The notes under the pieces: generated by a model | Database searches by the model: none | Told to the model about the DNA's origin: nothing | What the model saw: the letters and a program-made list of their open reading frames with translations, nothing else | In this document: positions 10,600-22,592 of the stretch, one piece after another | How the letters are laid out: each line of letters starts with the position of its first letter | Position numbering within the stretch: the first letter of the stretch is position 1 | Assembly: GCA_032718475.1 (NCBI GenBank) | Contig: JAUCBJ010002718.1 | Span: 1-42,194, forward strand | DNA length: 42,194 nucleotides | Direction of reading: 5' to 3' | Origin: Nemertoderma westbladi | Taxonomy: Eukaryota > Animalia > Xenacoelomorpha | Position numbers and translations under genes: made by a program

Positions 10600-12261
10600 C
10601 TCATTAACTGTGCCGACATTAGGCCGGGTGCTCAGCTCATTGTGCCGACACTAGGACGGGTGCTCAGCTCATTGTGCCGACATTAGGCCGGGTGCACAGC
10701 TCATTGTGACGACACTAGGCCGGGTACTCAGCTCATTATGCAGACACTAGGCCGGGTGCTCAGCTCATTATGCCGACTCTAGGCCGGGTGCTCAGTTCAT
10801 TGTGCCGACACTAGGCCGGGTGCTCAGCTCATTTTGCCGACACTAGGCCGGGTACTCAGCTCATTGTGCAGACACTAGGCCGGGTACTCAGCTCATTGTG
10901 CAGACACTAGGCCGGGTACTCAGCTCATTATGCCGACTCTAGGCCGGGTGCTCAGTTCATTGTGCCGACACAGGCCGGGTACTCAGCTCATTGTGCCGAC
11001 ACTAGGCCGGGTGCTCAGCTTATTGTGCCGACACTAGGCCGGGTGCTCAGCTCATTTTGCCGACACTAGGCCGGGTTCTCAGCTCATTGTGCAGACACTA
11101 GGCCGGGTACTCAGCTCATTGTGCAGACACTAGGCCGGGTACTCAGCTCATTGTGCAGACACTAGGCCGGGTGCTCAGCTCATTATGCCGACACTAGGCC
11201 GGGTGCTCAGCTCATTTTGGCGACACTAGGCCGGGTGCTCAGCTCATTTTGCCGACACTAGGCCGGGTACTCAGCTCATTGTGCAGACACTAGACCGGGT
11301 GCTCAGCTCATTATGCCGACACTAGGCCGGGTGCTCAGCTCATTATGCCGACTCTAGGCCGGGTGCTCAGCTCATTTTGCCGACACTAGGCCGGGTACTC
11401 AGCTCATTGTGCAGACACTAGGCCGGGTGCTCAGCTCATTATGCCGACACTAGGCCGGGTGCTCAGCTCATTATGCCGACTCTAGGCCGGGTGCTCAGTT
11501 CATTATGCCGACTCTAGGCCGGGTGCTCAGCTCATTATGCCGACACTAGGCCGGGTGCTCAGCTCATTATGCCGACTCTAGGCCGGGTGCTCAGTTCATT
11601 GTGCCGACACTAGGCCGGGTGCTCAGCTCATTATGCCGACACTAGGCCAGGTACTCAGCTCATTGTGCAGACACTAGGCCGGGTACTCAGCTCATTGTGC
11701 AGACACTAGGCCGGGTACTCAGCTCATTGTGCAGACACTAGGCCGGGTGCTCAGCTCATTATGCCGACACTAGGCCGGGTGCTCAGCTCATTTTGCCGAC
11801 ACTAGCCCGGGTACTCAGCTCATTGTGCAGACACTAGGCCGGGTGCTCAGCTCATTATGCCGACACTAGGCCGGGTGCTCAGCTCATTATGCCGACTCTA
11901 GGCCGGGTGCTCAGTTCATTGTGCCGACACTAGGCCAGGTACTCAGCTCATTGTGCAGACACTAGGCCGGGTACTCAGCTCATTGTGCAGACACTAGGCC
12001 GGGTGCTCAGCTCATTATGCCGACTCTAGGCCGGGTGCTCAGTTCATTGTGCCGACACTAGGCCAGGTACTCAGCTCATTGTGCAGACACTAGGCCGGGT
12101 ACTCAGCTCATTGTGCAGACACTAGGCCGGGTACTCAGCTCATTGTGCAGACACTAGGCCGGGTGCTCAGCTCATTATGCCGACACTAGGCCGGGTGCTC
12201 AGCTCATTTTGCCGACACTAGGCCGGGTGCTCAGCTCATTGTGCCGACACTAGGCAGGGTG
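10600..12261. repeat. 32-bp GC-rich minisatellite, ~52 copies
   Basis: Unit GCCGACACTAGGCCGGGTGCTCAGCTCATTGT in an exact 32-bp phase. Variation is largely limited to about five positions. Confidence 0.97.
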
Positions 12262-13849
12262 CCCTGCTGCATTTTTGGTGGTATATTGTGGGCGTTTTTT
12301 TCAAAAAAATACTGCAAGGCGAATTGGAACGATAATATTTTCCGTCTGTGTTGGCTTTCTGTAAATATCATTGATGATATATAATGGGATCTTTTGTGCG
12401 AAATACATAGAATAAAATTTCGAGAAAAAAAGAACGAAATTACGATAACATTATTATTATTATATTAAGAATAAGGCAGTAAACTCTTGCGTCTAGTTTT
12501 ATATTTTAAACATAACACTTGCTAAAGTCGATTCGACAACTTTTTTCGTAAATGTGAATTTTTCTAAATGAATTAAAGTTTTAATATAATCTATTTGTAT
12601 GTTTCCTACAACATTATAAAACTAAATTAACTAAATACAGTAGGCAGCCTTCTTATGCGGTAACCGCTCCCTAGGGAATTTCGATCCTAAATTTAATTTA
12701 ATTTAACTTAGGTTTTAATTTAATTTCTCGAATATTAAATAATATTGATTTATTTGTCTTATTGATTTTACATTATTACCTAAGGGCAAACATTTACTGC
12801 ATCTGCAACCTGGTATTCTTAAATAGTAAGTATTACAAAGCCCACCACTGTAACCTGGTCCATTTTCAACATTTACTAAACGGTTACTAAACATGTAGTC
12901 TATGTCAGTGTAGGCTACTAGGACTACACTACTGTATAGCAACACTGCACTGCACACAAGCCCATTACTGTTATAGTGCAGTTTATCGGAAACCCGGACC
13001 CTACTCCTCACCAGGACCAACTGAGATGAAATATAGTGAGAACAAATATTATTAATAAAGAATAAGCGTGAATTACACGGAAAAAATATTTTTTTCTTTA
13101 TAACCCAGAGGGTCTATATAATTGTCTAATCGAGCGTAGTTAAATGATAGAATTTCCAGTTTATATTAATTATTAATCGTTGAATAAATTAGAGATGGAG
13201 AAATATAAATTAAATAAAGTATTATAGTCGCTTAAGTACCTAAAGGCCACTCAATTTTTATCATTTTACAAGAGAAGCAAAAACTGTGTTATTTCCGATG
13301 CAATTCGAGGACATATTTGCTTGAAATTTTTTTTCATGATCAAATATTTGCTGTGGTAAGTAAACAGCATGGTAAGTAAACAGCATGGTAAGTAAATTAT
13401 ACACGTTCGTCGGGCCATCGCGCAGGACGAGGTTTTTGTGTCTATGTTTGAGGGTCACTTAATTGCACCAAAAACCGAAAAATTACACATTTTCGAAGTT
13501 TATATTAGAATTACATTTGATAATTGTTTTAAACATATGTTTTTAGAAGTTCCACAATTGTGTCTCACTACTAAAAACCTGCTGCGAAAATTTCAGCCAA
13601 TTCCATCAAGCCGTTCTCGAGAAAAAGGTACATTTATTTCTAAATTTCACGAAAAATAAGATGCTGAGAAAAACGCATTTAAGTTTTCAAACCTTCCCGC
13701 TAATTTTATGTAAAATACGGGAAATTTCAAAAATAAGCCAAAATACTGTATAATAAACTACTCCAGCGAACCAAAATTTAAGTAAGAGTAATAAAATATA
13801 AATAATACATAATAATAATACAAAATATAAGTAAGCACACCACTTTACT

Positions 13850-14715
13850 ATAATTTGTGATATGGGGGTTTTCCTAGTCACTGATTCCATTTGTGATGTC
13901 AATTTTAATATTTGACATAACCTACAGTAGAATGTCTGTTTGTCTGTTTTTATCCTGAATAAAATTTCAGATATGGGGGTTTTCCTAGTCGCTGATTTCA
14001 TTTATATTATAATTTTTTTCCGCACTCAACATCTTTATTAACAATTTTTAATAATAAAAAGCACAATGATACCAGATTTTAATATAGTTACTTTAATATA
14101 ATACATAAATAGAGTTATTTTGGCGCCCCAAAAGTTCCATTATCAAACCCGGCCTTCCGTCGCCGCACAGAGGATCCCGGTTTCGCTCAGTGGTTGAGGA
14201 CATCGACGGGTCTTGGGTGTGCGGGCCCCGCGCATGCGATTTATATTATAATACATGTTTTAATGCTTGATGACATCTGGACTGTCTGTACGTCTATCTG
14301 TCTGTCTGACTGACTGTCGGTCTCACAGATAAAATATAAGTAAACACATCAGTTTACTATAATTTCTGATATGCGGTTTTTCCTAGTCGCTGATTTCATT
14401 TCCCATGTCATTTTTAATAATTGAATGAACCTTGACTGTCTGTTTAAGTCTGTCTGTATGTCTTTCTTGACAGACAGATCGACTGACAGATAAATATACA
14501 GGCATAATAGACTCCTTCAAACAGGAAAGATAACACCAGAAATGAAATCACCGACCTTAAAAACCCCCACAGTGAAAATTTTAGCTACGTAGTGTGATTC
14601 GTTATGTTTTTGACAGACAGACCGACAGACGGACAAACAGACAGACAAACTTGATTACGTCAAATTTGAAAACTAACCCCGGAAATGAAATCCGCGACCA
14701 CGAAAACCCATTTAG
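13850..14715. repeat. Foldback-type element with repeated GGGTTTTCCTAGTCGCTGATTTCATTT motifs and (GTCT)n/(AGAC)n tracts
   Basis: The motif is on + near 13862, 13973 and 14372, and inverted near 14538 and 14681. Related pieces lie at ~8920-8955 and ~29830-30010. Confidence 0.55.
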
Positions 14716-14950
14716 CAATAATTTTAGTTAGGTTGTGTACATTTTTATATCCATAATTTGTTGACAAACAGAAAAACAGACCAATAGACAGGCAAACAGA
14801 AAAACAGACAACTTAAGCTTATGATATGATGTTAGGATTTCGATTTCTGAAATCTACGTTAAATTCTGATTTAAAGAATTAATAAAAAATAAATTTCGAA
14901 AATTTTTCAATTTTTGAAAAGTTCTGGGGTACCACCTCTAAGAAATTTAA

Positions 14951-15692
14951 GGGGGGGGGGGGGGGGGGGGATACACAATTTTGTTCCAAAATATGTCGAA
15001 ATTATTTTTATGATATATTATTTATAATGCACGTTTAAATGCTGTTTCCAAATCTGAAAACCGCTATTTAATAGCTCTTTCAGTTTTCAAGTTATAACAA
15101 TTTCCATTTAGGGGGACCTATTGAAATTACTATTACTAATGTATAATGAAAGGTCGATTATCTCCAAATATTTTTTTTTATGAAATTATAACAAATTCAA
15201 AACCCTACTACTTCTACAATTTTTGAGCAATTAGTCTGAAAATTTCTGTGGATGTCTAGAAAGGGACCCTGTATAAAAGTATCAGACAACTTTTTGAAAT
15301 TATTTGTTAATAAGATTTAATACTATTTATAACAAACCTAAAAAATTTGCATACATTTGCAGCGCCACCTAGCGGTGCAGAATTATTTTCACGAAATTTC
15401 GCCAGATAGTTATGTTGCCCATCTTTGATCTATCATATAAAAAACCTTTCATGTGATTAGATTCAAAACTGTAAAAGCCTTAGGGTTTTTATGCGCCAAC
15501 AATTTATTTTTATTGTTAACTAGTATTAATTAATATTAAATAGAGAAAAATAAATTTTTGAAGACCTGTCATGTAGAATAGCATATTAGGTACCTATATT
15601 CTAAATTATAGCCAAAATAAACGCTGAGAGTGATAAATCGAAGACTTGTCCGAAAATGGTGTAGGCCTACCCCCCCCCCCCCCCCCCCCCCC
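14951..15692. mobile_element. TTAA-flanked non-autonomous DNA element (Kolobok-like) with poly-G/poly-C termini
   Basis: TTAA at 14947-14950 is followed by a G-run and ATACACAATTTT. The right end reads AAAATGGTGTAGGCCTA, a C-run, then TTAA at 15693-15696. Confidence 0.6.
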
Positions 15693-15707
15693 TTAAATAA
15701 ATAATTA

Positions 15708-15922
15708 AGAAATTTAACCAAACCGCCAATAAGAATAAATCAAAGAAGAGAGGAAAGTTCCCTCCCTCGCTTCAACCGCCCTCTTAATCTGCACCACCCC
15801 AACCCAAAGGAGCACAGAGGATTAATGAAAGGCAGAGGTATTAACAGGAAATTTGTGTTTTAAAAGTAATATATTTTTAGGTGTGGAGGCAACCCAATTT
15901 GTAAAAATTATTAAAACTTACC
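15708..15922 (-). repeat. ~200-bp dispersed repeat, copy 2 (inverted relative to 9360-9565)
   Basis: Colinear reverse-complement match to 9360-9565 with scattered substitutions and indels. Confidence 0.75.
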
Positions 15923-18900
15923 TTATGCCGATAGTATTGATACTGAAATATTAATTTATCATGTCAACGCCTCAACGAAATTATTTAGCTAATATATTCT
16001 AAAGAATCACGATTAAATCTCCAGGCAATCATTTTGCGAGATAAATAATAAGCAAGCTGGCTTATTAGTCACTTTACACTAGTAGTGCCTGCCTTGCCTA
16101 TGTCCTATAGATGTAATTACCCGTTGCCAAGTAGTGATGAGATGATTGGACTGGTTCCCATCTAATAGGCAATATCAAGAATGCCAAGGAATGATGGAGC
16201 TGGAAGTATAGAGTGATGGAATGCATCTTATACTATAAAATAATTAATTTCCATTAAAAGTCATGTTGAAAATGATGTTTTTACCCCAACCTACTTAATT
16301 AATTTTAATTGAATTAATTAACTGCTATTATCTTAGCTTCTCGAAGGCCACACGGAAATTCAACTTGGAAAATTTCTAAACTTTAGCCAAACAACATGTG
16401 TACCAAGCTTGGATTGATTTCATCGAGATTTGGTTAAGTTATTAATGTTTAAAATTGAACACAACAGAACGACGGAACGACAGACATTGAGTTAGTGGTA
16501 CCTGTATGCTAAGCTCGCTTACTTTCGTCGCTCACCCCACAGTGGATGCGCAAAAATATGAAAACCAATTGGAGTTAGGGCCCATATTTAAACAGCCACA
16601 TCTCTACATTTGATTGGCTGGTACCTTTCAATTGGATAGTGCGATGTTGTTTTAGTGTAATGGTAGAAAAAAGTGAAAATCGAATAAAATTTATTTAGGG
16701 CCTTTGGGTACTTGGCGACGATACAGTGTGTAGATAGGGTGAATTCCTAATTGGTCTCAATAATTATGGATGATGGTTCGTTACAAGTATGAATTAGAGA
16801 CTATATTTATTTAGCAATAACTACTACTACAAGACTATTAGTTACTGGTACTAATAATAGATAATTTCCACAAAGGATAAACATATTTATAAAGCAAACT
16901 ACTCTACAACAGTGCATACAATTTAGATAAATTGATAAATAGCAGCATATTTAAGAAAAAAGCAACCTAGCAGGAGAAACAAGCTCTTCATAAATGTTAA
17001 ACAATTAGTGGCGATTAAGCATTACAAGTAATTAATTAAATACGCAGAACCAGCTAATAACAATAAAGTGAGTAATTAATACTTCACCATAATGGTGTCG
17101 TATATGAAAGTAGTAGATGGGTCTGAGGAAAAATCCGGTATAAAAAGTGATACAAACTTGACAACACCTATACAAGACGGAAACAAATTTAAAATGTGAT
17201 ACCCCTGATTTTTCCATATGTTATAGACATGTGGCAGTTAAGTAAATCGATTTCAAAAAATTTCTGTGTCTTTCACCTCATGCGAAGGATAACTTGCATT
17301 TTTTGCTTAAACGATTATAAAAACCCCTGAACAATCTTACAAAATTATTATAAAATGCTCTACAATGCGCAACTACGCTTAACGAAATTTAAAGAAATTG
17401 ACAAAATATAACTAAATTGATCCATTTTTAATGGCTAATTGAATATTACAGGTGTTAGCGATATATTACGTTGCATATTATGTACATCATACGGCATCTA
17501 AAACATCTAAATAAATCAGGGTTTGTTTACAGGTGTATTATTATGCCAATGTGGTCCCGTCTCTATATCAATGCAACAATAACATTGTTTAACCTTTATA
17601 AGTAAATAACTAATGTAAATTAATTATTTTTATACTTCAATATGGTAGTCAAAAAGGCCGCAAGGCCAGTGATTGAAACCAATGAATGTAATGCAATGGT
17701 GCAAAAAATATCATCAAACAATGTTTGACATAAAAATAAGTTACATTGTTATTAATAATACTTATTCCTATTAATGTATAATAACATACCGGACCGGTAC
17801 TCATACAGACATTGTATGACGCATTGCTAAATACGATCTGTAAGTTTAAGAATAGAATAATAAATGTTAGGCCTACTTTTAGAGATGTTAATAAGGTGAA
17901 GATTGTTCTAATCATTTTAATTGTAAATATTAACAAGTTTGTGATTGTGATATTAGGTATAACAAATATATAAAATTCCAACGAACTCTTGCAAAATAAT
18001 ACATTATTTATCTTTTCAATTCCACGCTTGTTGGAAATTTTTGTTTATATTCAGATCTAGGTCCATACGGGATAAGTAAGTGTAAGATATCATCTCTAAA
18101 TTATAACATTACGGAAAGAGCCGAGGAGAAAACGAAAATGATAAAGTTTTCATAAATTAGACCAATGTTCGCGGGGTAAACCTAAACATATTACGTAACA
18201 TGTATATTAATGTAACTGGAAAACACGTTAAAAAATATTAATTCGATTCAAAAGCATTAATTAGCCTTATTGGCGATCTGCGAAAAACAAACAATAAGTT
18301 TATAACGAACAATTGATTATCATATAAGATGAAATATGATATGGAGCATAGCACCGCACCGTAATATAATGACTTGTTATACTTTTGTCAGCCGCGAGAC
18401 TTGTACAAAGTATTTACCTTGGGTGTAGCTTGCTGTTGCACCACTCAATAATACATTTAAAATGGCACTATATTATATGATATGGTGAAAGAGACAATAA
18501 GAAACATCAGAGGCTACCAACCAGCATTTGAAAAAGAGGTGGATTGAATAAAAAAAACGGTGGGCGTCAAAGGAAAACACATCCTGGTCGGTGTAAGGGG
18601 AAAAGCTTAGGTGGTGGGTGCAATGAGTGCCTATGCCTAAGGTTTGGTTCGAGACTGCCGCTGTGAATTGGTGGCAGCGCAGCAGACAACAAGCAAGCAT
18701 GATGCAAACAGAAATACCATACTGATATTATGGAGTGTGGCAATATTTTTGTGTCAATCTGATTGCTTATTGCATTGCAGGCAGGCGTTTATTACTTGTT
18801 CTACTTTACATTCACAGACCAGTATTTTAGTCCATCTTCTCTCTGTCTACCAGTATGAACTAACTAGTTGGCGATCCGCAAAGAAATACAGACTGTTTTA

Positions 18901-19272
18901 TAAACCCAAATAGTACTGGTTGGTAGCCAATCGTATGATATATAAAACGTATAAGAAGTGGAGCAGTAAAGAACAATGTACCGGTACTGTAAGTACGAAC
19001 GAGAGTTTGCTAATAACTTTAGGGTGGTTCAAAAATATAAAGAAAACATTAAATTATAAACATTTGCATCGGGCTATATCAATTTATAGGCCTATATACA
19101 TTATAAATTATAATGAAAAAAATTAGATAAAAAGACAATCAAATTAATAATCATATCATCGACATAATTAAATGCTTCATATTTGGTCGATATAATTAAT
19201 TAACCTTGTTGATTTAAAGGGAACATTTTTCAACCACCCTATATGTCAGCAACTTAGCACTTTATGCGGGAT

Positions 19273-20439
19273 CTAAACGCTCTTAACCACAGAATCACTA
19301 TTTGACATGCGACGGTACTTCAGACAACCCCAACAACGGCTACACAAAATGCTACTAAATGACCAACAATAGGAGATGGGCACAGCAATCAGCTTAGGTG
19401 GGTCGTATTCGTACAGCAATATACCGGTAACGTGTTGCTCTAAGTAACAGAACACAGGGTACCAATAGGCTCGGGCTAGGAGGTTGTGTGGACCCCGTCG
19501 TCTAAGCGATGTATTATTAGCCAGCGTGTGATACGTCCAGAAGAATGTTGTAGATATATAATAGGCTACAATCACATCAATGGTATAGTGATCGTGACCC
19601 AGCAATATAAATACAACTGCTACAGCATAAGCGATTGTCGTTAGCCAACGTAACCACCACAATTTTTTTGGTGAATAGTTGCAAATAAATAACCAACTAA
19701 GGGTTAGAGAGACGGTGTGGCCAGAGTACATGTAGTCGCCACACAGATGGTGGGAATTCGTCATTGACAACCCGCCCCCGAGCATCAGTTCGAACGCCCG
19801 TTTTAGCTTCTCGCCCCATCCGACATGCGGCCCGCACTGGATATGGGCATCCGGGCGAGGTAGATGCGTCACTACCATGCATATAGCACGCAATCCGTAG
19901 AGGTTCCCAACCAAGAAGAACAATCTACGGAATATAATCCAACTGTGACGCTGCGAACATATTAGAATAAACATTATACCGCCCAAGACGAGTCCGATTT
20001 TCTCGCTGATCGGAAAAGCCCACGGCTGGCGTTCCTCAATATCGAAAAACAGATCCGAAAGGGGATCCGATTTAGGATTTATGAAATCGTTAACTATCGA
20101 TAGAACAATAGCAGTTAATATTAAATTGAAAAGCATAAATACGAATGTTCCAAGAGTTTTCAGCCTTTCCTTTGGATAGTTTTGCAATATTTTGCTGGCC
20201 CCATGGTCAGTGGAACCTACTGATCCGTTCCCATAGTGGCAACCACCTGAGTCGGAAATGTCGATTCGTGTGGATTTAGGCATATCATGTGTGGTAGAAT
20301 CGCGCATTTGTTGCGATAACGGAGATGAATGGTTATCAGAATTATGGTTTCCAACTGCATGAACTGTAGGGGTCAGGGTTACGTCTTCCGATATTGTAGC
20401 GCAGCTGTTACTGTTTAACAATAATGCTTCATGTGTCAT
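19273..20439 (-). CDS. SGMS1: Sphingomyelin synthase (SMS1/SMS2-like; PAP2_C/LPP superfamily), 388 aa, single-exon CDS, no SAM domain in this ORF
   Basis: Family motifs PLSD, RRLFFLVGNLYGLRAICM..T.LP, GGGLS....HHLCGDYMYSGHT and HDHYTIDVIVAYY, with about six hydrophobic segments. The symbol marks the closest vertebrate type; it is probably a co-orthologue of SGMS1/2. Confidence 0.92.
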   Translation of the reverse strand: MTHEALLLNSNSCATISEDVTLTPTVHAVGNHNSDNHSSPLSQQMRDSTTHDMPKSTRIDISDSGGCHYGNGSVGSTDHGASKILQNYPKERLKTLGTFVFMLFNLILTAIVLSIVNDFINPKSDPLSDLFFDIEERQPWAFPISEKIGLVLGGIMFILICSQRHSWIIFRRLFFLVGNLYGLRAICMVVTHLPRPDAHIQCGPHVGWGEKLKRAFELMLGGGLSMTNSHHLCGDYMYSGHTVSLTLSWLFICNYSPKKLWWLRWLTTIAYAVAVVFILLGHDHYTIDVIVAYYISTTFFWTYHTLANNTSLRRRGPHNLLARAYWYPVFCYLEQHVTGILLYEYDPPKLIAVPISYCWSFSSILCSRCWGCLKYRRMSNSDSVVKSV

Positions 20440-20539
20440 AATTAAGAGTAATTCACAGCAAATGTATTAATGATGTCCCAATACAATAACCCTGGGATTA
20501 CGGATTATATTCAAAGAATCCCGTTAACTTACTGACTTA

Positions 20540-20880
20540 GTTACTGATACTACTGTACTATGGGAATAATAGGTACAATAATAGCGGTAAGCTAGTACTG
20601 CAGTATGCTATGGTAAGTACAGTAGGAGTAGGACTACCAGTACAGCAACAGCAGTACTACAGATGACAGAACTGCAGAAGCGCGAAGCAGTGTAAACTAT
20701 AATAATTATTTATCAGTTTATTGCATGGTTAAGGTTCCTATAAGATTATTTTCACTAGTTCAGTAGTTAGGCCTACCGTACTGCTTTACCGGTAGGCCTA
20801 ATTCAGTTATTAATAGGCCTACTGTATGGGCTGATGGGCTGGGTACCACCGGTTGCCGAAGCCGACTGACCGGTAATAAT
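20540..20880. promoter_or_regulatory. Promoter-proximal tract rich in TA-bounded short words upstream of the SMS gene
   Basis: TAGGCCTA at 20768, 20793 and 20814, plus TACTGTA, TACAGTA, TACCGGTA and GGTACC. The role is inferred from position. Confidence 0.4.
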
Positions 20881-21366
20881 CTGTTTCGGGGCCTTCCAGG
20901 CAGGGATATTAATTAATTATAATTAATTATTAATTAATTAGTAATTATAATTATTAGCGCTCTTTAATGGTAAAAAATACAACAATTTATACAAACAAAT
21001 AAAACACGTTAGAGGGAGACCACCCCTAGGCACCAGGCACTTACAGTGTAGGTTTAAAGTTCACTATGCATACAGTAGATTTATGAGTATACATACAGTA
21101 GGATGTAGAATTTCGGACGATACAATGAAAACACATGTAAAAACAGCAATAACAATTATGAAGAAAAACTGATTTATAAAAATTTTCAGAAATAAAATCA
21201 TTTCAGCTACACTCACGGACGGTAAGAAATTGGGTATAAGTAAAACTAAAATTTGGACCATGGCTGATATGAACAATAATGAAATTATATCAGATAAAGT
21301 AATAATATCAGATATCAAAATTACAGAAAGGCAGAAAATCGAAATCAAGTAGCAAATGAGAAAATA

Positions 21367-21545
21367 TTGAAATTGATTTTGCACCAACAGTTTCAGACGG
21401 CAAGGAGTTCCAGAGCGGCAAAACACGATTTGAAAAATAATGTTTGTATATCTGCAGCCGACAGCGAGGTACAAAAAGCTTTTGGTTGTGGCCTCTCAGA
21501 CGACCTGAACGAGGCGGCTCAGAAAAGTACTGGGCGCTCTCAAGA
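21367..21545 (+). mobile_element. Possible decayed mariner transposase N-terminal HTH remnant
   Basis: Translation LILHQQFQTARSSRAAKHDL...EVQKAF...DDLNEAAQKSTGR loosely resembles the mariner N-terminal pattern (LYEF..G.SA..A....V..WF..F...D..L....RSGRP). Weak, by-eye similarity only. Confidence 0.2.
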
Positions 21546-22008
21546 TCTACCAGTCCGTATTTTATACGTAGGTACGGTAGACCATCTTTAAATCGAAAAC
21601 ATGTCTACCTACCTCTAGCGGCTGCAAATTCAAAAAATGTAAGCGATCAATATAATTAGCGGGGGACAGATTGCACTAAGAAAGAGTCGCCTACAGAAGT
21701 ACCGTTGTACACGTTCCACGAGGTTTATAAATCTCTTTGTAAACGGAGACCACACAGGGGTACAATATTCAAGTAGAGGACGCACCATAGATTTATATGC
21801 TGTTAGTAAAGCCGACTTTTTTGTGGAGACAATCAGACAATGTTTCTAAAAAGCATGTTAATTACTCTAAAGGCTTTCGCAACCTGAGCCTTGCAGTAAA
21901 TATTAAACTTGAGATCAGGGGCAATTAAAGGGCCAAGGTCTTACATATTACAGTACCGGTCCGGTACCGGCAGACTGCAGACCGGTAGTACAGTAGTAGC
22001 CAGCGAGA

Positions 22009-22166
22009 TTGACAGGCAGACAGGTTGAGGCCGCCCCGCCGCCGCCACTACTCTCCGACGTTCAACAGTTCAGTGCAGCAGTGTATTACAGTATTACTAG
22101 CTGACTAACAGACAGAGATACTAGCTGACTGTGACTAGTGGCGGCCTCAACCTGTCTGCCTGTCAA
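22009..22166. repeat. Perfect 27-bp inverted repeat pair (small MITE-like)
   Basis: TTGACAGGCAGACAGGTTGAGGCCGCC (22009-22035) and its exact reverse complement (22140-22166). Confidence 0.8.
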
Positions 22167-22380
22167 CCCTAATTACAGCTGTACAGAATTAAAAGTAAAA
22201 CTGAAAACTGCAACTGCCAGACTGCAGAACTGTCAAGTTCAGAAGTTAGGTAGCCTACCCTAACCCCTGAACCCAGGCTGCAAACTGGCAAACTACTGAA
22301 CTAAACCACTACTCCTGTCCTGTGTACTCAGCTACTGAGCTAGGCCTACACTGCTACAGCTGCAGCTGTACAGACAGACA

Positions 22381-22592
22381 GGGTGCTGGTCACCTCGCCG
22401 CACTGCCACTTCGCCGCAGGTCACCTCGCCGCATATAATGTGCGGCGAGGTGTCTTTGCGGCTAGGTGTCTCACTGTGAATGCCATTTCGCCGCAAATTA
22501 TCGGACACCTCGCTGCAAGACACCTCGCCGCACATTATATGCGGCGAGATGACTTGCGGCGAAGTGGCAGTGCGGCGAGGTGACCAGCACCC
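22381..22592. mobile_element. 212-bp palindromic MITE, Mutator/MULE-like, 9-bp TSD
   Basis: ~90-bp TIRs starting GGGTGCTGGTCACCTCGCCGCA, built from CCTCGCCGCA repeats. AGACAGACA flanks both sides (22372-22380 and 22593-22601). Confidence 0.9.

Noticed and set aside
10600-12261. CRISPR-like array (32-bp repeats)
   Set aside because: The units are head-to-tail with no unique spacers, there are no cas genes, and the context is eukaryotic.
18473-19126. Short ORFs downstream of the SMS gene
   Set aside because: They have no recognisable domain and mostly non-ATG starts; this is probably 3'UTR or intergenic sequence.
22255-22275. Telomere-like CCCTAACCC
   Set aside because: Only one to two degenerate units. 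The GGGTTAGG in the 24-bp minisatellite is likewise not a (TTAGGG)n tract.
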